Under the pieces are notes generated by a model. That model did not search any database. It saw only the letters and a program-made list of their open reading frames with translations, and was not told the origin of the DNA. DNA of 64,000 nt from a virus: positions 1 to 64,000 of the IMG/VR virus record IMGVR_UViG_3300010354_000044, one strand, 5' to 3'. Both the position numbers and the translations under genes were made by a program. Of the stretch, positions 61,079-64,000 are shown piece by piece. Positions within the stretch are counted from its first letter, which is position 1, and each line of letters starts with the position of its first letter.

Positions 61079-61397
61079 ATTTGTACTTGCCCAACTTGTA
61101 TGGGTACAAATTTCCAGCATTAACCCTACAAAGAGAGATGGCTGCGACCAGCAGGGTAAAGGGGCAAAGGAGTAAAGCTAGTTGCACTCTTACAACTACC
61201 GAGGAATCGTCGGTAGTTAACCCCCCATCTGCTGGTAAAGGAGGGTGGAGTAAAGAGATTAAAAAGACTAAAGAGACTAAGTATAAATACCTAGAAGGCG
61301 CTATAGCGAAAAAATGGCGCGGATTTTAAGTGGGTAGTTATGGGTCTAATGGACATCCCCCCTCGGGTGTGGAATGAGAAATGAAGACCTGCTTCAA

Positions 61398-61431
61398 AAG
61401 ACCTTGCCGAGTGGTCTTAAAAAATGCTCGG
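61398..61431 (+). ncRNA. H-type pseudoknot, divergent relative of the repeated module A
   Basis: S1 AAGACC/GGTCTT, S2 CCGAGT/GCTCGG, A-rich loop AAAAAAT. Confidence 0.5.
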
Positions 61432-61485
61432 ACGGTTTGCCTAGTCCGCTAAAGCTAGGTTGCTGTCGATTCCCAAGGAGGGAAT

Positions 61486-61668
61486 ATGTCTAAAGTAACT
61501 CTAACTGCCGCAACTCTCGTAGTCCTTCTAGGGCTAGGAGGTTGTATGGAGCAGGAGTCTAGCTCCTGCTCGGTCAACGAGCAGGGGGCAGTAGTGAGCG
61601 AGGGGCACGACTGCCCCTCCTCCCATGACCGATTCCCCCGGCGCCGCCAAGGGCCTGGGACCTGGTAA
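61486..61668 (+). CDS. Small lipoprotein
   Basis: AAGGAGG SD; signal peptide with lipobox LGLGG-C. Confidence 0.65.
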   Translation: MSKVTLTAATLVVLLGLGGCMEQESSSCSVNEQGAVVSEGHDCPSSHDRFPRRRQGPGTW

Positions 61669-61674
61669 CTAAGA

Positions 61675-61859
61675 TGACCTACTACAGGGGTCATTAAATA
61701 AGCTGTAGTTCCCTACCCTGGTGGGCTTGGTGCGGTCCGATTCCGCACTAGGGTTTTGCCTTGAATTTCTTTCTCCAAGGATATTCACACAGGTACTTAG
61801 AGTACAGGCGAAATCTTGTGTATGGATGCCTTTATGCCTACACAAGCTAGGAGAAAAAG
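61675..61859 (+). ncRNA. Intergenic RNA cassette 1: pseudoknot (61675-61709) + tRNA-like element (61710-61754) + leader (61758-61859)
   Basis: Repeated modules; stems read directly from the sequence. Confidence 0.8.
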
Positions 61860-62189
61860 ATGGATTTCAACTTCGTTGACTATAACGGTGCCGACCTCGC
61901 TGGTGAAGACCTCACCGGCGCCAACCTCGTCTGCGCCAACCTTAGCGGCGCCGACCTTACCGGTGCCGACCTCAGCGGTGCCGACCTCGGCGGCGCCAAC
62001 TTTGACGGTGCCAACCTCACCGGCGCCAACCTCACCGGTGCTGACCTCTTTGACACTGTCATCACTAACGCGAACTTTAGCGGTGCTAACCTCAGCGGTG
62101 CTAACCTTAGCCTCGTTGATTTTATTAACTGCAATCTGGTTGGCACCAATTTCGCCGGTGCCAACCTCTACGGCCTCCGCGTTAGCTAA
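61860..62189 (+). CDS. Pentapeptide repeat protein
   Basis: Tandem A(D/N)LxG repeats; AGGAGA SD. Confidence 0.9.
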   Translation: MDFNFVDYNGADLAGEDLTGANLVCANLSGADLTGADLSGADLGGANFDGANLTGANLTGADLFDTVITNANFSGANLSGANLSLVDFINCNLVGTNFAGANLYGLRVS

Positions 62190-62194
62190 CTAAA

Positions 62195-62336
62195 CGACCT
62201 ACTACAGGGGTCACTAAATAAGCTGTAGTGCCCTACACCCAATACAAGGGGGTGCCTGGTAGGTTCGACTCCTACCTAGGGTCTGTCAACAATGCTCTTC
62301 GTTTTGTTGACGATTTTTTAACCATAAGGAGGAAAT
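62195..62336 (+). ncRNA. Intergenic RNA cassette 2: pseudoknot (62195-62229) + tRNA-like element (62230-62282) + hairpin/T-run leader
   Basis: Canonical T-loop GG-TTCGACT-CC; GTCAACAA/TTGTTGAC hairpin, then TTTTTT and AAGGAGG. Confidence 0.8.
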
Positions 62337-62738
62337 ATGGCAAGTGTTGACTCTTGGGCTGCAGAGATGCAGTTCAAGGCCCTGTGCAAAAAACGGGGCA
62401 TTAAGTTAGTGGCGATATCTGCAAAGGTATTGCCACAGGGGTTACGGTTTGTCGGAAAGCGTAAGCTAGAAAACGCTTTCCGACATTTAAGACTTGCTCA
62501 CCCGAGTGGGCAATTTCCAGCCGGCGAGGTCCTGGACCTCGTCTTTTCTCTGGACGCGGTTATCCAGTACCGCGGTCAGGTAATTGGGGTTGATGTGACG
62601 ATGGACCCCAGCCAGGTTGCAGCTAAAGAAGAGAAGCTGCGCTCTTTGGCCAAAGCGCACGCTGCGATCGGGATTCAACGCTCAGTGACTTACTGCAGCA
62701 CGATTGAATCCTTTGACGAATGGCTGCTGCGCCTATAA
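62337..62738 (+). CDS. Hypothetical protein, possible PD-(D/E)XK-like nuclease fold
   Basis: E...LD...LDAVI...IGVDVT...K pattern; strong SD. Confidence 0.55.
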   Translation: MASVDSWAAEMQFKALCKKRGIKLVAISAKVLPQGLRFVGKRKLENAFRHLRLAHPSGQFPAGEVLDLVFSLDAVIQYRGQVIGVDVTMDPSQVAAKEEKLRSLAKAHAAIGIQRSVTYCSTIESFDEWLLRL

Positions 62739-62885
62739 CCCTGCCCCGGTGGGCTACTCATGGTTCAACTCCATGACAGGGCATTGCCTTGAATTCCTTT
62801 CTCCAGGAATTTTCACTCAGGTACTTAGAGTACAGGCGCAATCTTGTGTATGGATGCCTTTATGCCTACACAAGCTAGGAGAAAC
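62738..62885 (+). ncRNA. Intergenic RNA cassette 3: tRNA-like element (62738-62782) + leader, no pseudoknot
   Basis: CCCTG/CAGGG, CCC-CGGT-GGG, TCATGG-TTCAACT-CCATGA; leader near-identical to cassette 1. Confidence 0.8.
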
Positions 62886-63488
62886 ATGGCTGTACGTCGC
62901 GAATTTCAAGTCCTCTCTGCCATTAGCAGTGAAGAGGACGTGTTCGACAATCTCCTGCCCGTGCGGGATATAATCTCAGGCCTAGAAGGCCTGCTATTGT
63001 GTAGTGAGGCCTGTACGTGGCCTCAGGATTTGGTTTACGAAGCAACCTGGCTTGAGGGGTGCTATACTCCTCGGGCAGTTAAGGATGACCCTAGGCTGGC
63101 ACTAGGGTTTCATCCCTATACCGAGACACGGTGGAAATACCACTCAGGCGTCTTACGCCTGAGTACGCAGACTACGGAGGGGTGGATTTCGGTTATCAAA
63201 CGTACTAAACGGGCCATGATGGCCTATCTGGAAGGTATTCATCTTCCAGAGGTAGACCTCTGCGGGGTAGACCTTTGGAAGGCTGACCTTCGGGGGGCAA
63301 ACCTTCAGGGGGCAGACCTCAGGGGAGCTGACCTCCGAAGGGCTAACCTTCAAGGGGCTGACCTTCAAGGGGCTGACCTTCGAGGAGCTAAGCTTCTAGA
63401 GGCCAACCTTCTAGAGGCTGACCTTCGGGGAGCCGACCTTTGGGGGGCTTTAGTAGAGAAGGCCACCCTACAAAAGGCGAAGACCTAA
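62886..63488 (+). CDS. Protein with C-terminal pentapeptide repeats (true start 62886, MAVRREF...)
   Basis: ADLRGANLQG repeats; SD AGGAGA precedes ATG 62886, whereas the track start 62844 lies in the repeated leader. Confidence 0.85.
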   Translation: MAVRREFQVLSAISSEEDVFDNLLPVRDIISGLEGLLLCSEACTWPQDLVYEATWLEGCYTPRAVKDDPRLALGFHPYTETRWKYHSGVLRLSTQTTEGWISVIKRTKRAMMAYLEGIHLPEVDLCGVDLWKADLRGANLQGADLRGADLRRANLQGADLQGADLRGAKLLEANLLEADLRGADLWGALVEKATLQKAKT

Positions 63489-63503
63489 AGTTACTTCCCT
63501 GCT

Positions 63504-63685
63504 TGACCTACTACAGGGGTCATTAAATAAGCTGTAGTGCCCTACTCTGGTGAGCTAGGTGCGGTCCGATTCCGCACTAGGGTTTTGCTTTGTCTATTTA
63601 TCTCCATTTAGACACACAGGTACTTAGAGTACAGGCGCAATCTTACTTGGGACGCCTTTATGCCCTTGTAAGCTAGGAGAACATC
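63504..63685 (+). ncRNA. Intergenic RNA cassette 4: pseudoknot (63504-63538) + tRNA-like element (63539-63583) + leader (63587-63685)
   Basis: Same modules with compensatory changes. Confidence 0.8.
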
Positions 63686-64000
63686 ATGTCTATTATCAAA
63701 CAGACTTCTTCAGTAGTCCCGACTATTGAGGAAGCAACTGCCCTAGCATGCACCCTACGGATGCAGGGGATACCCTGCTATGTGGGGAAAGTTGGAACCC
63801 ACTACCGGGTAGACCCGGCTCTTCCCAAGCAGTACAAGAAACGGGCTAGTAAGAGACCTGCCCGGGACTACATTTCCCTCCTAGGAGGGGATGACTGGTG
63901 CCTTAAGGCGCCGACCAAAGTCCCAAAAACGGGAGACTGGGTGGATTGTACCCCCGAAATGGGGGTGGCGGCCTGCCAGGCCGCTTTGGCAGAGAGGGAC
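63686..64000 (+). CDS. Hypothetical protein, runs off the right edge of the window
   Basis: AGGAGA SD, then ATG 63686 (MSIIKQTSSVVPTIEEA...), open to the window end. Confidence 0.7.
   Translation, partial: MSIIKQTSSVVPTIEEATALACTLRMQGIPCYVGKVGTHYRVDPALPKQYKKRASKRPARDYISLLGGDDWCLKAPTKVPKTGDWVDCTPEMGVAACQAALAERD

Noticed and set aside
61081-61329. 82-aa ORF in the strand-switch region
   Set aside because: TTG start directly after a terminator, no SD and no recognisable motif.
61675-61859. Known self-cleaving ribozyme (hammerhead, pistol, twister)
   Set aside because: No CUGAnGA core, and GAAA is not conserved (GCAA in two copies). The pseudoknot plus UAAAUA recalls pistol P1, but P2/P3 and the cleavage junction are not evident. 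An Rfam scan is needed to exclude these fully.
61816-62973. ORFs containing MCMDAFMPTQARR or CVWMPLCLHKLG (61816, 62844 extension, 62704) as leader peptides
   Set aside because: They are translations of the repeated leader; the frame relative to the downstream gene differs between copies, and copy 4 lacks the first ATG.
61710-63583. Genuine tRNA genes
   Set aside because: Only 44-53 nt, with no anticodon arm and no CCA; reported as tRNA-like elements instead.
61675-63685. CRISPR array
   Set aside because: The repeats are separated by whole genes of unequal length, not 30-40-nt spacers, and no cas genes are in the window.

Overview
The window is part of a tailed-phage genome with a contractile (myovirus-type) tail. 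A cyanobacterial host is inferred, not shown, from the pentapeptide-repeat genes. 1-37 kb is mostly minus strand and holds morphogenesis genes: a >=1488-aa fibre-like gene missed by the ORF track, large terminase, baseplate genes, a split hub carrying M23 and lysozyme-like domains, tube, sheath, major capsid, prohead protease, portal, and tail chaperones joined by a -1 frameshift. 37-58 kb is plus strand: a 3051-aa protein with ordered two-barrel RNA polymerase motifs (GGDFDGD), then tail-fibre/receptor-binding genes and a glycosyltransferase. 58-61 kb carries a PAAR-like gene and an actin-like ParM with a ParR-like partner. 61.4-64 kb is an accessory (possibly early) region in which each small gene is separated by a modular structured-RNA cassette: H-type pseudoknot, then an anticodon-less tRNA mimic, then an RBS-sequestering leader. 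The two strongest leads are this cassette system and the giant putative virion RNA polymerase (possibly tape-measure-fused). All calls come from reading motifs by eye; no searches were run.
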